Shown: positions 27,426 through 37,722 of the stretch, in pieces
Numbering within the stretch: position 1 is the stretch's first letter
Layout of the letters: every line of letters begins with the position of its first letter
DNA from: a virus
Taxonomy: Duplodnaviria; Caudoviricetes
Strand: one strand, 5' to 3'
Length of the DNA stretch: 64,000 nt
IMG/VR virus record: IMGVR_UViG_3300037882_001196
Coordinates: 751 to 64,750 of that record
Program-made: the position numbers and the translations under genes
The notes under the pieces: generated by a model
Databases searched by the model: none
What the model saw: the letters and a program-made list of their open reading frames with translations, nothing else
What the model was told of the DNA's origin: nothing

Positions 27426-27963
27426 TTTGACAATTGGGTTAATCCTAACTTGTTTCTTGAGTAATGGTATTGCTCAAGAAGACTTAGAAAAAGCAAAAGC
27501 AGCATTAGCTTTGTCTCAGTCTCAACGAGAAAGAGAGAAAGGAATCAGCCAGATAAAAACCAGCCCAATCAAAAAAGATGTAGGCATTCACGAAGGTAGA
27601 TATTATGAAAATCTTGAATTGGCTAAGAGAGTTGCCAAGGCGTTGAAAAGACCACTCGTTGTGTGGGTTGGAGTTAAGCCGATAGACGTATCGGGAGAAC
27701 CAATATTCAAAGCCATAGAAGATGAGACAATCAATGTCTACCTAGATTCATACAACAATAGCAACACACCTAGAATAGTTGTGAAGGACCCAACGAACGA
27801 TAAAGAGTTTGGTATCTTGAAAACAACCTTTGATCGTTCAACTCCAATAGGAATACGCTACAGAATGGGACTCCCTATTCCAGATGATGTTTTTTACCTC
27901 TACATCAAAGAAACTCAAGCATCAAGTAAGAAACAGCAGATAGTAACTCTCTGCAGCACTTGA
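27403..27963 (+). CDS. Exported protein, possible thioredoxin-like fold without CxxC
   Basis: Signal peptide and AKRVAKALKRPLVVWVG. Confidence 0.45.
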   Translation: MHSFWLGSLTIGLILTCFLSNGIAQEDLEKAKAALALSQSQREREKGISQIKTSPIKKDVGIHEGRYYENLELAKRVAKALKRPLVVWVGVKPIDVSGEPIFKAIEDETINVYLDSYNNSNTPRIVVKDPTNDKEFGILKTTFDRSTPIGIRYRMGLPIPDDVFYLYIKETQASSKKQQIVTLCST

Positions 27964-27999
27964 GATTAAGACAACACCTCCAGTTAGGAGTTAGTCATC

Positions 28000-28470
28000 G
28001 TGGTTTATCTCCTGTTGTTTATTTCTATTGAATATGCTGTGTGGGTACAAGAAAATAGTACCTACCAACATACAACCAGAGAGGTAATTGTTGCTGATGT
28101 TAAAATGTTTGCTGTTAGAGATAGTAGAGAAGCCTACTACTTATTACAGCAAGCAATTAAATCTCGTGAGGTTGCTCGCGACGAAGTAAAAACATACAAC
28201 AGTAGACAAAAATACAATCAATGGGAGATGGAGACGCAGTGGAGAATAGATTGTTGGTGGTGTTTGTATAACGCCTTAACCAAACCTGTAAACAAAAATA
28301 AAACAATTGAGGTTTGTGGGGACGTAACAACAATCACCTATATTTGGGGTTGGTCAAATTATGACCGAATCCTAGCTCTTGAACAACTGAAAAGTTTAAT
28401 CGGTGATGAGGCATTCTACGCTGGGAAGATGCCAAACCCGATGCCTACTTACCATTACAATCCCAGATAG
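28000..28470 (+). CDS. Hypothetical protein
   Basis: AGGAG RBS and hydrophobic N-terminus. Confidence 0.55.
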   Translation: MVYLLLFISIEYAVWVQENSTYQHTTREVIVADVKMFAVRDSREAYYLLQQAIKSREVARDEVKTYNSRQKYNQWEMETQWRIDCWWCLYNALTKPVNKNKTIEVCGDVTTITYIWGWSNYDRILALEQLKSLIGDEAFYAGKMPNPMPTYHYNPR

Positions 28471-28480
28471 GAGAGTACCA

Positions 28481-28816
28481 ATGTTGAAACGTCCGTTGTG
28501 GGAATATCTAGCTGCGTTTGCAGTCGGATCAGTTGTGGTTTTGATAGCCATTTGGGCTTTTGAATCAAGAGAAAGAAATGGCCCACGCAACATCATTGTG
28601 GAGGAGAAGAATGGAATCAAAATCTACTCCGCTGCTGGCGACACCTACACCGTAAGCACGATCAAGTTTGTTGACAAAGATGGTAACTCAGTCATCACGA
28701 TCAATGCTGGTCCGCCACCGACAATTGATATTGTTGATGAGAAGGGACGTACCAAAAGTATCGACCTACGGAAGCTGGCGTCACGAGCAAGTTTCTTTGG
28801 AGACTCTAATGAGTAA
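28481..28816 (+). CDS. Membrane-anchored hypothetical protein
   Basis: TM helix. Start follows GAGTACC. Confidence 0.55.
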   Translation: MLKRPLWEYLAAFAVGSVVVLIAIWAFESRERNGPRNIIVEEKNGIKIYSAAGDTYTVSTIKFVDKDGNSVITINAGPPPTIDIVDEKGRTKSIDLRKLASRASFFGDSNE

Positions 28817-29420
28817 ACATCCGGGTGGGCCGCACGCAATCGTTCGTATTGGAGAAGTAGAACGGACGATGCTTGTTCACCCCGCAGATTCGTCCCTGTT
28901 TGATCTTCTACTCCTCCTCCAGAGAGATGCTGGGGCGACAACCCTAACTCAGATATTGTTTGAGTTGATTCAAACGTATCGCACATACCAGTCAATGTTA
29001 TTAGAAGCCCAAGACAAGGAGCACCAAGCGATGGTTTTCAAAGTATTTCAAACCAAGTTGATCGGATTCTTCGATAAAGTTATCAGCCACACGACGATGA
29101 TGCCAAACGTCAACAAGGTGGCGGTGGCAGCGAAAGACTTTGTGAAGAACAAGGCTGCTGAATTTCAACCCCAACTTGAGGAATTATTTGCTCAGGAGAA
29201 GTTTGATCAAGCAGTTGATGTGCTTGTACTTCTCCTGAAGGGGAATCTCAACCACGTCATCATCCCTGCTGGTGGATTCTGGGCACGTCTCTTTGGTCGT
29301 GTTCTTCCGGTTGATCCTGTGGTTGATCTTCTTGGAAGTTGGTTGAAGAACAATCGCGTGCTCTTCAAAGATGCCGCAGGTGATGGGAACCCGATGTCCG
29401 CGATAGGGGAAGAAAGCTAA
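28809..29420 (+). CDS. Hypothetical protein (alternative start 29031)
   Basis: Open frame with an internal AAGGAG-ATG. Confidence 0.5.
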   Translation: MSKHPGGPHAIVRIGEVERTMLVHPADSSLFDLLLLLQRDAGATTLTQILFELIQTYRTYQSMLLEAQDKEHQAMVFKVFQTKLIGFFDKVISHTTMMPNVNKVAVAAKDFVKNKAAEFQPQLEELFAQEKFDQAVDVLVLLLKGNLNHVIIPAGGFWARLFGRVLPVDPVVDLLGSWLKNNRVLFKDAAGDGNPMSAIGEES

Positions 29421-29848
29421 TGGCACAGAGAACAACCACTACGCTAGTCCAAGCCTTGTTGGAAACAAACGGAGAAGACTACCGTAGCGGTGTTAGTCTT
29501 CAACCGTTTGTTGATTCTGCTACGGTGTTGGTAGATCGTGTCGCAACGAAGGCAACGGCAAAAGGCTATACCCTTCTTGCGACCGAACTTGAGTTGATTG
29601 AACGTTGGTTATCCGCCCATGCCTACGCGATGGTTGATCAGACTCTTGCTAGTAAGTCAACCAACGGTCGGTCTGGTAGATTCCAAGGCCAGACCGGGAT
29701 GCGTCTTGAGGCCACCAAGTATGGTCAAATGGCGTTGATGCTTGATACATCAGGAGCGTTGGAAGCGATCAACAAAAGACAAGTAGCCGGAATTACATGG
29801 CTGGGGGTTACCGAAAACGAAGCCCTGGACTACGAAGATCGTCAGTAA
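29420..29848 (+). CDS. Head-tail adaptor
   Basis: IERWLSAH and L.ATKYGQMA..LD pattern. Confidence 0.75.
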   Translation: MAQRTTTTLVQALLETNGEDYRSGVSLQPFVDSATVLVDRVATKATAKGYTLLATELELIERWLSAHAYAMVDQTLASKSTNGRSGRFQGQTGMRLEATKYGQMALMLDTSGALEAINKRQVAGITWLGVTENEALDYEDRQ

Positions 29849-29852
29849 CTAA

Positions 29853-29939
29853 CCTAGAAGCCTCTTTAACGAAGGAACTAAGTTAAGGTAGGTAAATATC
29901 CATCTAACCGAAGAAGATTCGTTAGAGAGGCTTCTAGGA
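29853..29939. repeat. CTAG-armed palindrome
   Basis: CCTAGAAGCCTCTTTAACGAA...TTCGTTAGAGAGGCTTCTAGG. Confidence 0.7.
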
Positions 29940-29949
29940 AGGAAGAATT

Positions 29950-30324
29950 ATGAGCGTAGAACGTCGGACGATGGGACAGAAAGCGGTCTTGTGGACGAAG
30001 GCAGGAACCTTCGATAACTACGGGAATCCGGTTTTCAGTGAACCAGAAGAGATTGACTGTAATTGGAAGCGTTCCCGACGTTTGGCGAGTGGACAACAAA
30101 GAGGGACGGATACAGTCGATGCAACGATGGATATCAAACAGCTCATCGAACCGGGAGCACAGGTTTATCTAGGGACACTTGAGACTTGGTACGGTAGCGG
30201 TTCGGGGGGGAATAATGATCTTGTGATGATTGTTGTCTCTTGCGACGAATGCGCTGACGTTCGCAATCGGGTTACGGGATACACCTGTGCTCTACAGTAT
30301 GCAAAAGATCAAAGCCCAAGTTAG
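29950..30324 (+). CDS. Head closure (stopper) protein
   Basis: Q.AVLW, DNYGNP..SEPEEI, and synteny. Confidence 0.7.
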   Translation: MSVERRTMGQKAVLWTKAGTFDNYGNPVFSEPEEIDCNWKRSRRLASGQQRGTDTVDATMDIKQLIEPGAQVYLGTLETWYGSGSGGNNDLVMIVVSCDECADVRNRVTGYTCALQYAKDQSPS

Positions 30325-30336
30325 GGGGGTTAAACA

Positions 30337-30744
30337 ATGCAAATAGATGGTCTCACAAAGGTGATAGCAAAACTGAAACTTGCTTCTCTTCAATATGGTA
30401 CAACAAAAGTTTCAGTTGTTGTTGGTTATACTGCTGCTCATGCTCTTCCTGTACATGAGAATCGGGCAATGGTATTAAAAGGACAACCCCGTAGAGCACC
30501 AAGCAAAGGACTCTACTGGGACCCATTAGGTAAAGCCCGTCCGGGGTTTTTGCTAGATGTTAGTCGTGAGCAACACCGCGAAATAGCTAGAGTGGTTGAG
30601 CAAGCACTCAAACAAGGACTACCATTAGATAAGGCATTACTATTAGGTGGACTTCTCCTCCAGAGAGAATCGCAAGAAGCGGTTCCGGTTGATACTGGAA
30701 CTTTGAAGGCGAGTGCTTTTACTCGAATTGAATCCACTAGTTGA
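30337..30744 (+). CDS. HK97 gp10-like tail component
   Basis: VGYTAAHA..VHE and VPVDTGTLKAS. Confidence 0.8.
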   Translation: MQIDGLTKVIAKLKLASLQYGTTKVSVVVGYTAAHALPVHENRAMVLKGQPRRAPSKGLYWDPLGKARPGFLLDVSREQHREIARVVEQALKQGLPLDKALLLGGLLLQRESQEAVPVDTGTLKASAFTRIESTS

Positions 30745-30807
30745 GATTAGAGGCAGGGGAATACCCAGGTTGTTGGTACTCTACTGATGTAAACCCCTGT
30801 CTCTATT

Positions 30808-33393
30808 TTGGAGAAGAACTTGAAAATCTTAGATACGCCGATCAATTATGATCCTGGGACTGCTGTCACTTTTACGACGACTGCTGCTCAAGCAATGACC
30901 GCACTTTCTACGACAAATTTGCGAAAGACCTTCACGGTCCCAGCCGCAGGTGCGGTGAGAGTACGGTTGGAATTTACTCTACATGGTACTACGACTTTTC
31001 CGCAATTGTTAATGGGTATTTTGGAAAGCACAACGGTTATTGCCCGCGTCCCTCCAAAGTACAACGTCGCCAACGTCGCAGCAACGTCTCTTGTTCGTGG
31101 AGAGGTTGAATTTACAATTGGCGGCCTGACTCCCGGTGCTTCACTCACTTGGGATGTGGCAATGAGCGTGGAAACGGCTGTTGCGTCGTCAGGTATCAAA
31201 TGTGGTGGCCCAAATGACACAACAGCGAATAATGCGTTTGGAGCATTCATCTATGAACTGTGGGACGTTGACCCATATCCTACCAATTTCAAGTCAACGA
31301 GCATTGACGGCAACGGGCGCGTAGACGCAATCAAGATTGCGGGCACGACGCAAACCGCACGCGATATTGGAGCCAGCGTTCTCGTCTCGGCTGGCACAGG
31401 TGCAGGTCAACTGGACTTTACAAGTGGACGCCTAAACGTGAACACCACTCACGCTGATGGGACCGCGTGGAATTCAGGTGCATTAACCGGGGCTACGATT
31501 GGTTCGGGTTACATCAGTGCAATTACAAGCGGACTAGCTACATCGAGCGAAGTGCTGCCGATGGCAATGGAGGTGTCATCTATATTCACCGACACTGGAA
31601 CTAGCATTCCAGCAACGTTGGCTATAATTGCTGGCTACCTTGATACCGAAATCACAGACATCAAGGGAGTCACAGACAAACTCGACACCGCGTTAGAACT
31701 TGATGGCTCTGTGTATCGCTTCACGACCAACGCACTCGAACAAGCCCCTTCCGGCGGTGGTGGTGGGACGGACTGGACTACTGATGAGAAAACAGCTATC
31801 CGCTCAATTCTCGGCATCCCTGCAAGCGGCACAGCACCCGACGATCCGACAACCGGCATCCTAGACACGATCCGTGACGCTGTTGGTGTGGTCGATGGCG
31901 TCGTCGATGCGATCATCGTGGATACGGCTGAAATTGGAGCAGCAGGTGCAGGATTAACCGCCTTGGCCCCTGCCTCAACTGCCTTATCAACAGCAGTATG
32001 GACTTCAACAATTGCTGGACGGATAGATGCGGCCATTACTACACGGCAAGAAACCTTCACTATTCCAACAAACTTTGCCAGTCTGAATATTGACGGAAGT
32101 GGCCACATCATCTTACAAAATAATTCTCTTACAACAAACAAGCTGGGAACATTTGCCCTAGCCAAAACAACAAACATAACAGGATTCAACGATGTGTCCG
32201 CTGCTCAAGTAAACACCGAAGCTGATACGGCCCTAAGTGATGTCGGAGCAACTCTAACCCGCTATGGGTATCTGGACAAGTTAAACATAACGGGTAATGT
32301 CGCTTCGTCGGCGGAAGTTACCGCAATTCAAAACAACACTCGGATCGTATTCATTGTCCCTGAGCAGGTGATTCGGCCAACTACTGGAACAACGACGGTT
32401 TATGTGCGGGTATATTTATACGACAGTACTGGAAACATGGAAGCCCCAGATAGTGCCCCGACGATTGAAGTACGAAATGCAGCAGGAACCGATCTAACCT
32501 CAAGACTTGTGTCTGCTACAGGAACACTTGAATCAACTGGTGTTTACCGTTGGGCCTATACAAGTAGTTCAACAGACAGCCTGGAACAGATTCTTTGGTC
32601 ACTTACCATCGTTGAGGGGGGAGTAACACGGGCTAACGGTCGTGCGTCGTGGGTAACAGACACTTATGTTACTGACTTCACTACTTCTGATCGCACTGCT
32701 CTAAACAGTATTGTTACAACCCTATCTTCACCAGTTGACTCCAATGTTGTGGAGTGGGGTGGAAACCCAAGTGCTATTCAAAATGATCCAACCAATGATA
32801 CACCCCTAGTTTCGGTTACCTACTTTTACTCAATCCCAGCTGGAACATCAACTCCAATATATTTGGATAATGGTAGTTCAACTTTTCCATTAGTCGGAAC
32901 AGCGAGGTTGCAAGATATTAATGATAACACCATAGGGATTCGCTCCGATGTTGGTGGAACAACTTGGTGGATTAATGACCTTCGCGGCATTAGGGGAACA
33001 GAGATTCCTTACACTGAGGGGAGTCAAGAAAGGATGGCAAATGCCTTCTCTACACAGTACAACGTAGCAACTCCAGTATTTACGTCGGCAAGCGTAAACC
33101 AAACAGGTGATACGTTCTCCCGTATTGGAAACAACGGATCATCCCTTACTCAAGTAGGTTTAGCTGATGGAGCAATTACAGACGCCAAGATTACATTTCC
33201 CCCAGAAACGGCTGGACGCCCAACAACCTTCTTGGCAGCAATGAGAAGAGTGTGGGAGTGGGCCACAAATAAGCGTACAAGAAATAGAACTACGGGAATA
33301 GTGTCTTTACAAAACGCTGCTGACACCTCTACCCTTGAAACCCAAACTCAATCAACAGTAGATGTGGTTGATACCCAAACTCAAGGGAGTTGA
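30808..33393 (+). CDS. Long Thr/Ala/Gly-rich fibre-like structural protein (start may be TTG 30820)
   Basis: 861-aa modular low-complexity ORF within the neck genes. Confidence 0.55.
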   Translation: MEKNLKILDTPINYDPGTAVTFTTTAAQAMTALSTTNLRKTFTVPAAGAVRVRLEFTLHGTTTFPQLLMGILESTTVIARVPPKYNVANVAATSLVRGEVEFTIGGLTPGASLTWDVAMSVETAVASSGIKCGGPNDTTANNAFGAFIYELWDVDPYPTNFKSTSIDGNGRVDAIKIAGTTQTARDIGASVLVSAGTGAGQLDFTSGRLNVNTTHADGTAWNSGALTGATIGSGYISAITSGLATSSEVLPMAMEVSSIFTDTGTSIPATLAIIAGYLDTEITDIKGVTDKLDTALELDGSVYRFTTNALEQAPSGGGGGTDWTTDEKTAIRSILGIPASGTAPDDPTTGILDTIRDAVGVVDGVVDAIIVDTAEIGAAGAGLTALAPASTALSTAVWTSTIAGRIDAAITTRQETFTIPTNFASLNIDGSGHIILQNNSLTTNKLGTFALAKTTNITGFNDVSAAQVNTEADTALSDVGATLTRYGYLDKLNITGNVASSAEVTAIQNNTRIVFIVPEQVIRPTTGTTTVYVRVYLYDSTGNMEAPDSAPTIEVRNAAGTDLTSRLVSATGTLESTGVYRWAYTSSSTDSLEQILWSLTIVEGGVTRANGRASWVTDTYVTDFTTSDRTALNSIVTTLSSPVDSNVVEWGGNPSAIQNDPTNDTPLVSVTYFYSIPAGTSTPIYLDNGSSTFPLVGTARLQDINDNTIGIRSDVGGTTWWINDLRGIRGTEIPYTEGSQERMANAFSTQYNVATPVFTSASVNQTGDTFSRIGNNGSSLTQVGLADGAITDAKITFPPETAGRPTTFLAAMRRVWEWATNKRTRNRTTGIVSLQNAADTSTLETQTQSTVDVVDTQTQGS

Positions 33394-33395
33394 TT

Positions 33396-33938
33396 ATGGC
33401 AGTTGATCCAGCATTCTTTGGGTTTATCTCATTTAATTTTCCAGCAGCAACAGGAACTAGCTTACCAACAGGTGATTTTGTGGGAACCGATTTAGACCAT
33501 TCTCCAGCTGATATTATCCGATCTCTGTTGTCCAACATTAGTGGTATTGGCTCTCTTCCATCTGCTGAAATTGATTGGCCTATTAGTTGTTCTCTTGAAC
33601 TACCAAACCCGGACAACACAATAACTGTGTTTGATACCCAAGGAACCGACGACGGGTATCATCAAACAAATGGGGAAGTTCAAGGAATGAACGGCATCCA
33701 AATAAGAATTAGGGGAACTGATCATCAAACAGGGTGGAGAAAATCGAATCAAGTATACAACACTCTGAGCAAAGGGGTTTACCAAGTCTATGTAGTAATA
33801 GATGAGATTTACTACTTAGTTCATTCTGTAACTATCACAAGTGATATATTACCATTAGGAGAGGAGGCACCTAAATCACGGAGACAGATATTTACGATAA
33901 ACGCAGTAGCTAGTATTTTACGAATTGTTTCAAACTAA
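33396..33938 (+). CDS. Tail terminator protein
   Basis: PDNTITVFDT.G, IQIRIRG, and position before the tail tube gene. Confidence 0.7.
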   Translation: MAVDPAFFGFISFNFPAATGTSLPTGDFVGTDLDHSPADIIRSLLSNISGIGSLPSAEIDWPISCSLELPNPDNTITVFDTQGTDDGYHQTNGEVQGMNGIQIRIRGTDHQTGWRKSNQVYNTLSKGVYQVYVVIDEIYYLVHSVTITSDILPLGEEAPKSRRQIFTINAVASILRIVSN

Positions 33939-33950
33939 GGGGACTGAAAA

Positions 33951-34427
33951 ATGGCGGCACCAACCGTAACGGCAAGATCAACTCCAGCAGGTATTCCTCT
34001 AACTGAGGGATACCAAATACTGTTTGCATTTGAACGTGATCCTGATATCAGTATTTGGGAAAAAACAGTCAAACTCCCAAGTATTGATATGGGTGACCCT
34101 ATTGACATCTCATCTCAGCATAGTGTTGAGTGGATACCGATGGTGTCTGCGGCATTGGCAACACTAGGCGAAATTACAATCAGCGGTTCGTTTGATCCGA
34201 ACGCCTACAACCAACTGATTGCGATGAAAGGAATCAACCAATCGTGTACTCTTCATCTACCAGACGGTAGTACAATTGCGTTCTGGGGCTACCTCAAGAA
34301 AGTTGAAGGGCCGGAGGGTAAGAAGAAAGAACAACCAGACTTGAGTATCACCGTTCAACCTTCAAACTACGATCCAGAAAACCATGTGGTTGCTGGTCCA
34401 GTAATTACTTCGGTGTCTGGAACCTAA
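33951..34427 (+). CDS. Major tail tube protein
   Basis: P..D.GDPID, FDP and PDGSTIAFWGYL. Confidence 0.75.
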   Translation: MAAPTVTARSTPAGIPLTEGYQILFAFERDPDISIWEKTVKLPSIDMGDPIDISSQHSVEWIPMVSAALATLGEITISGSFDPNAYNQLIAMKGINQSCTLHLPDGSTIAFWGYLKKVEGPEGKKKEQPDLSITVQPSNYDPENHVVAGPVITSVSGT

Positions 34428-34469
34428 CAACAAAACTTTCGCCCATATTTATCAACCAAAGAGAGTACC

Positions 34470-34928
34470 ATGAAAGAGATTCCTGACGTATTGGACTTCA
34501 ACGAGTTGGAAACGATTGAGGTTCCAGTCAAATACAAGAAGAAAGAATATGTGCTTGTAGAGGCTTCAGGTGAAGCAGTAGTTAAATACCGCAACAAGAT
34601 GTCAAAGTGTGCCAAATTATCCTCTGGAGGAAAGGTTGCGGAGGTGACCGACCTTGCCAGTGTTGAGCCATACCTTGTCTCGCTGTGTCTTTTTGAAATC
34701 GACGGTGATAAGCGTAAACCCGTCAGCGTTCAAACAGTTGAGAAGTTTGAAAACCGTGTCATGAAGAAACTCTATGAAACGGCCAAGCGTATTTCAAACA
34801 TTGATGAAGATGAGGAAACGAAAGAAAACCTTGAGACCAAAAAGAAGGAGATTGAAGAAAGACTGGAAGAGTTAGCCAACAAGGATGAAGAAACAAAAAA
34901 CGCCTCAAGCGATACTCGGGCTGGTTAA
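34470..34928 (+). CDS. Tail assembly chaperone G
   Basis: Between tube and tape measure. Ends with slippery site A AAA AAC. Confidence 0.75.
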   Translation: MKEIPDVLDFNELETIEVPVKYKKKEYVLVEASGEAVVKYRNKMSKCAKLSSGGKVAEVTDLASVEPYLVSLCLFEIDGDKRKPVSVQTVEKFENRVMKKLYETAKRISNIDEDEETKENLETKKKEIEERLEELANKDEETKNASSDTRAG

Positions 34929-35275
34929 TCCTAGCAGAGCGGCAAGGTAAGTCTCTCGCAGATTGTATGAGAGAGACTACCTATCGTGAGTATCGCTTGT
35001 GGATGGAGTGGTTTGCAGATGAGGGTAATCGACCATCACGGACAGATTACTACTTGATGCAAGTGGCTGCGAGGGTGATTCTAGCCAACGCAAAAGAAGG
35101 GGCTACTCTTTCTTATGACGATCTGAAAATCAACTTTGAGCCACCAAAAGAATCCAATATAAAAGAACAGCCAGCAGTTCAAGACCCAGTAGCGTTCTCG
35201 AAAGCATTGATCAGGGGATTCCAAACAGCGTTCGGCGGTAAAGTTACCGTCGTTGAGAAACCAAAAGCAGAGTAG
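34895..35275 (+). CDS. Tail assembly chaperone GT extension via -1 frameshift
   Basis: The -1 frame is open from AAAAAAC (34895-34901): RLKRYSGWLILAERQGKSLADCMRETTYREYRLW. Confidence 0.75.
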   Translation, partial: KKRLKRYSGWLILAERQGKSLADCMRETTYREYRLWMEWFADEGNRPSRTDYYLMQVAARVILANAKEGATLSYDDLKINFEPPKESNIKEQPAVQDPVAFSKALIRGFQTAFGGKVTVVEKPKAE

Positions 35276-35288
35276 GGGGTAATCCATA

Positions 35289-37718
35289 ATGGCGAACGGA
35301 GTAGAACTTGGTAGAATGTTTGTTCGCCTTATGGGTGACGGAACTAGCTTCAAGAAAATGATGCAGGACGCGGAAACATCTACTGGAAATGCATCAGGTG
35401 AATTCAAACGACAGACGACAACAATGGGGAAACTATCTCAAGAAGTTGGTGGCTACACAAATATGGTGAAAGGATTCGCCGTATCGCTCTTAGCAATGGC
35501 AGGACTTGGCGGTATCTTCCACAGTCTCAAGTCTGGTATCTCTCTCGCATCCCAAGCAGAAGAGAACGAAGTAGCATTTGGTACAATGCTCAAATCAGCA
35601 GAAGCAGGCAAGGAGATGGTAAAGCAAATTCAAGACCTTGCTGCCAAGACTCCAATGAGTACTGCAGGACTTCAGCAATCAGCCAAAACTCTCCTCCAAT
35701 TTGGTGTCGAAGGGAAAAATGTTATACCGATCATGAAGATGTTGGGAGACGTTACGGGTGGTAATGAGGAGAAGCTGGGTTATATGACTCTTGCGTTCGG
35801 TCAAATGGCATCGACCGGACGGCTAATGGGTCAAGACCTAAATCAGATGATCAACGCAGGCTTTAATCCTCTTCAGGAAATGGCCCGCACATCTGGTCGA
35901 TCAATGGAATACTGGAAAGGAGAAATGGAGAGGGGGCGTATTAGTATTCATCAAGTAGTTGGTGCTCTTCAAAGTGCTACAAAGGCTGGTGGTAGCTTCG
36001 ATGGGTTGATGGAGAAACAGAGCAAGACGGTCAGCGGTCTATTCTCCACCATGCAAGATGATATCAACGCTTCTCTCCGAGAGATTGGAAAAGACTTGAT
36101 TGAGAATCTGAATCTCAAGTTCTTCATCGAAGAAGTGAGCAAAGCTGCGCAGATGTTTACTACTTGGTTCAAGAGTATTAACCCCCAAACCAAAGCGATG
36201 ACTGTTGCGGTTATGGGGGTGGTTGCTGCTTTTGGGTTACTTGCAGTTGCTATCGCGTTCGCTGGTAAAATACTTAATCTTGCATTCGGCGGTATGCCCC
36301 TGATTGCCGGTTTGATTATAACTGGTATTGCTGCTCTTGCTGGTTATGTCTCTTACCTTGTTGTTCGAGTCAAAGGTTTAGCAAACGCTTGGGACTGGGT
36401 TAAGACAACTGCAAGCGACGCATGGGATTGGGTTAAGCGTAAAGCTCAGGCCTTTTGGAATTGGCTCAAGCCATCCTACAACGTTGCGAAAGAATATGCC
36501 GTTGCTGCCTGGGAATGGATATCAAGAAAAGCGATTGCTGGCTGGGAATGGATGATGAAGACAGGGCAGATGTTCTTTGATTGGATGAAACAAGCATGGT
36601 CGGACTTTGTATCTTGGGCTACTCCGATCTGGAATGCGTTTGTCTCTCTGGTTCTCCTTAGTTGGCACCACATAAAACGTATTGCCTTAATCGTTTGGGA
36701 GGCAATTGTCAAAGCTGCCACTTGGCTTTGGGATCAAATCGTTTACGTGTTTGATTCAATCTGGGACACAATCTCAACCGTATTCAGTATGATCGTCGGT
36801 GATTCCGAGATAAGCTGGAACAAGATTCGTGACTACATTCTTGAAGCATTCATTGCTGCTGAGTTTGCTATTGAGAACTTCAGCACCCTAATGGAATACT
36901 TCGACACAGGAGCAATTTATCATATTGAACGCTTCAAAAACAGCTTCCTGTTCATTTTCACCGACGTAATACCAGCAGCAATTGGTTGGTTACGAACGGA
37001 GTGGAAAAACATTTTCATGGATATGTTTACTTTTACTGGTGCCATCTTCATGGATATGGCAAAGAACATTGGATCAATGGCAAAGAATATCAAGAAGCTA
37101 ATAACCGGCGAACTGACGATGAAGGATATTTGGTCCAACTTTGATATCACCAAGAGTATAGAAACCAAAACAACCAAGTTTCAGATGCCCAAACGAGAGA
37201 TTGGTTATGTTGAAAATCTCCTCAAGGAAGAATTTAACCGTCAGGGTGCTGCACTAGGTATCTCCTACGAAGAGTTCAAGAAACAGAAGATGGAAGAATA
37301 CAAACGGGCTGGTGGCGCGGTCGAACCAGATTCGGTTGTCCCAGAAGATCAAGTTGCGGCAATCAATAATGCAGCTAAAGATACTGGTGTTGAGCTTGGT
37401 AAAGCAATAACGAAGGGAGCCAAATCAGAACTACAGAAGTTTGATGCGGTGTTGGCTACTTCGGCAGAAGCGATTAGCCGCATTGCTGAGTTCCAAGAAA
37501 AGATGAACTCTGTTCGTAACCCCCAAGACAACCTCAACCTCACCGGCAATACCCCCACCACAGGACCAACAAGATTCGATGCAGTTAACAATCTCTCCGC
37601 TGATGCAGCAACGAGAAAAGATAATAGCACCACACTCCTCAAAGAGATTCGAGATGAGTTGAAAGTCCAGACCAGAGAAGGGGGAGTGAAACTTGAGGCT
37701 GCTAACCTAGAAGGATAA
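35289..37718 (+). CDS. Tape measure protein
   Basis: AAKTP, GQMASTGRLMGQDLNQ tape domain and 11-residue Trp repeats. Confidence 0.92.
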   Translation: MANGVELGRMFVRLMGDGTSFKKMMQDAETSTGNASGEFKRQTTTMGKLSQEVGGYTNMVKGFAVSLLAMAGLGGIFHSLKSGISLASQAEENEVAFGTMLKSAEAGKEMVKQIQDLAAKTPMSTAGLQQSAKTLLQFGVEGKNVIPIMKMLGDVTGGNEEKLGYMTLAFGQMASTGRLMGQDLNQMINAGFNPLQEMARTSGRSMEYWKGEMERGRISIHQVVGALQSATKAGGSFDGLMEKQSKTVSGLFSTMQDDINASLREIGKDLIENLNLKFFIEEVSKAAQMFTTWFKSINPQTKAMTVAVMGVVAAFGLLAVAIAFAGKILNLAFGGMPLIAGLIITGIAALAGYVSYLVVRVKGLANAWDWVKTTASDAWDWVKRKAQAFWNWLKPSYNVAKEYAVAAWEWISRKAIAGWEWMMKTGQMFFDWMKQAWSDFVSWATPIWNAFVSLVLLSWHHIKRIALIVWEAIVKAATWLWDQIVYVFDSIWDTISTVFSMIVGDSEISWNKIRDYILEAFIAAEFAIENFSTLMEYFDTGAIYHIERFKNSFLFIFTDVIPAAIGWLRTEWKNIFMDMFTFTGAIFMDMAKNIGSMAKNIKKLITGELTMKDIWSNFDITKSIETKTTKFQMPKREIGYVENLLKEEFNRQGAALGISYEEFKKQKMEEYKRAGGAVEPDSVVPEDQVAAINNAAKDTGVELGKAITKGAKSELQKFDAVLATSAEAISRIAEFQEKMNSVRNPQDNLNLTGNTPTTGPTRFDAVNNLSADAATRKDNSTTLLKEIRDELKVQTREGGVKLEAANLEG

Positions 37719-37722
37719 TAAG

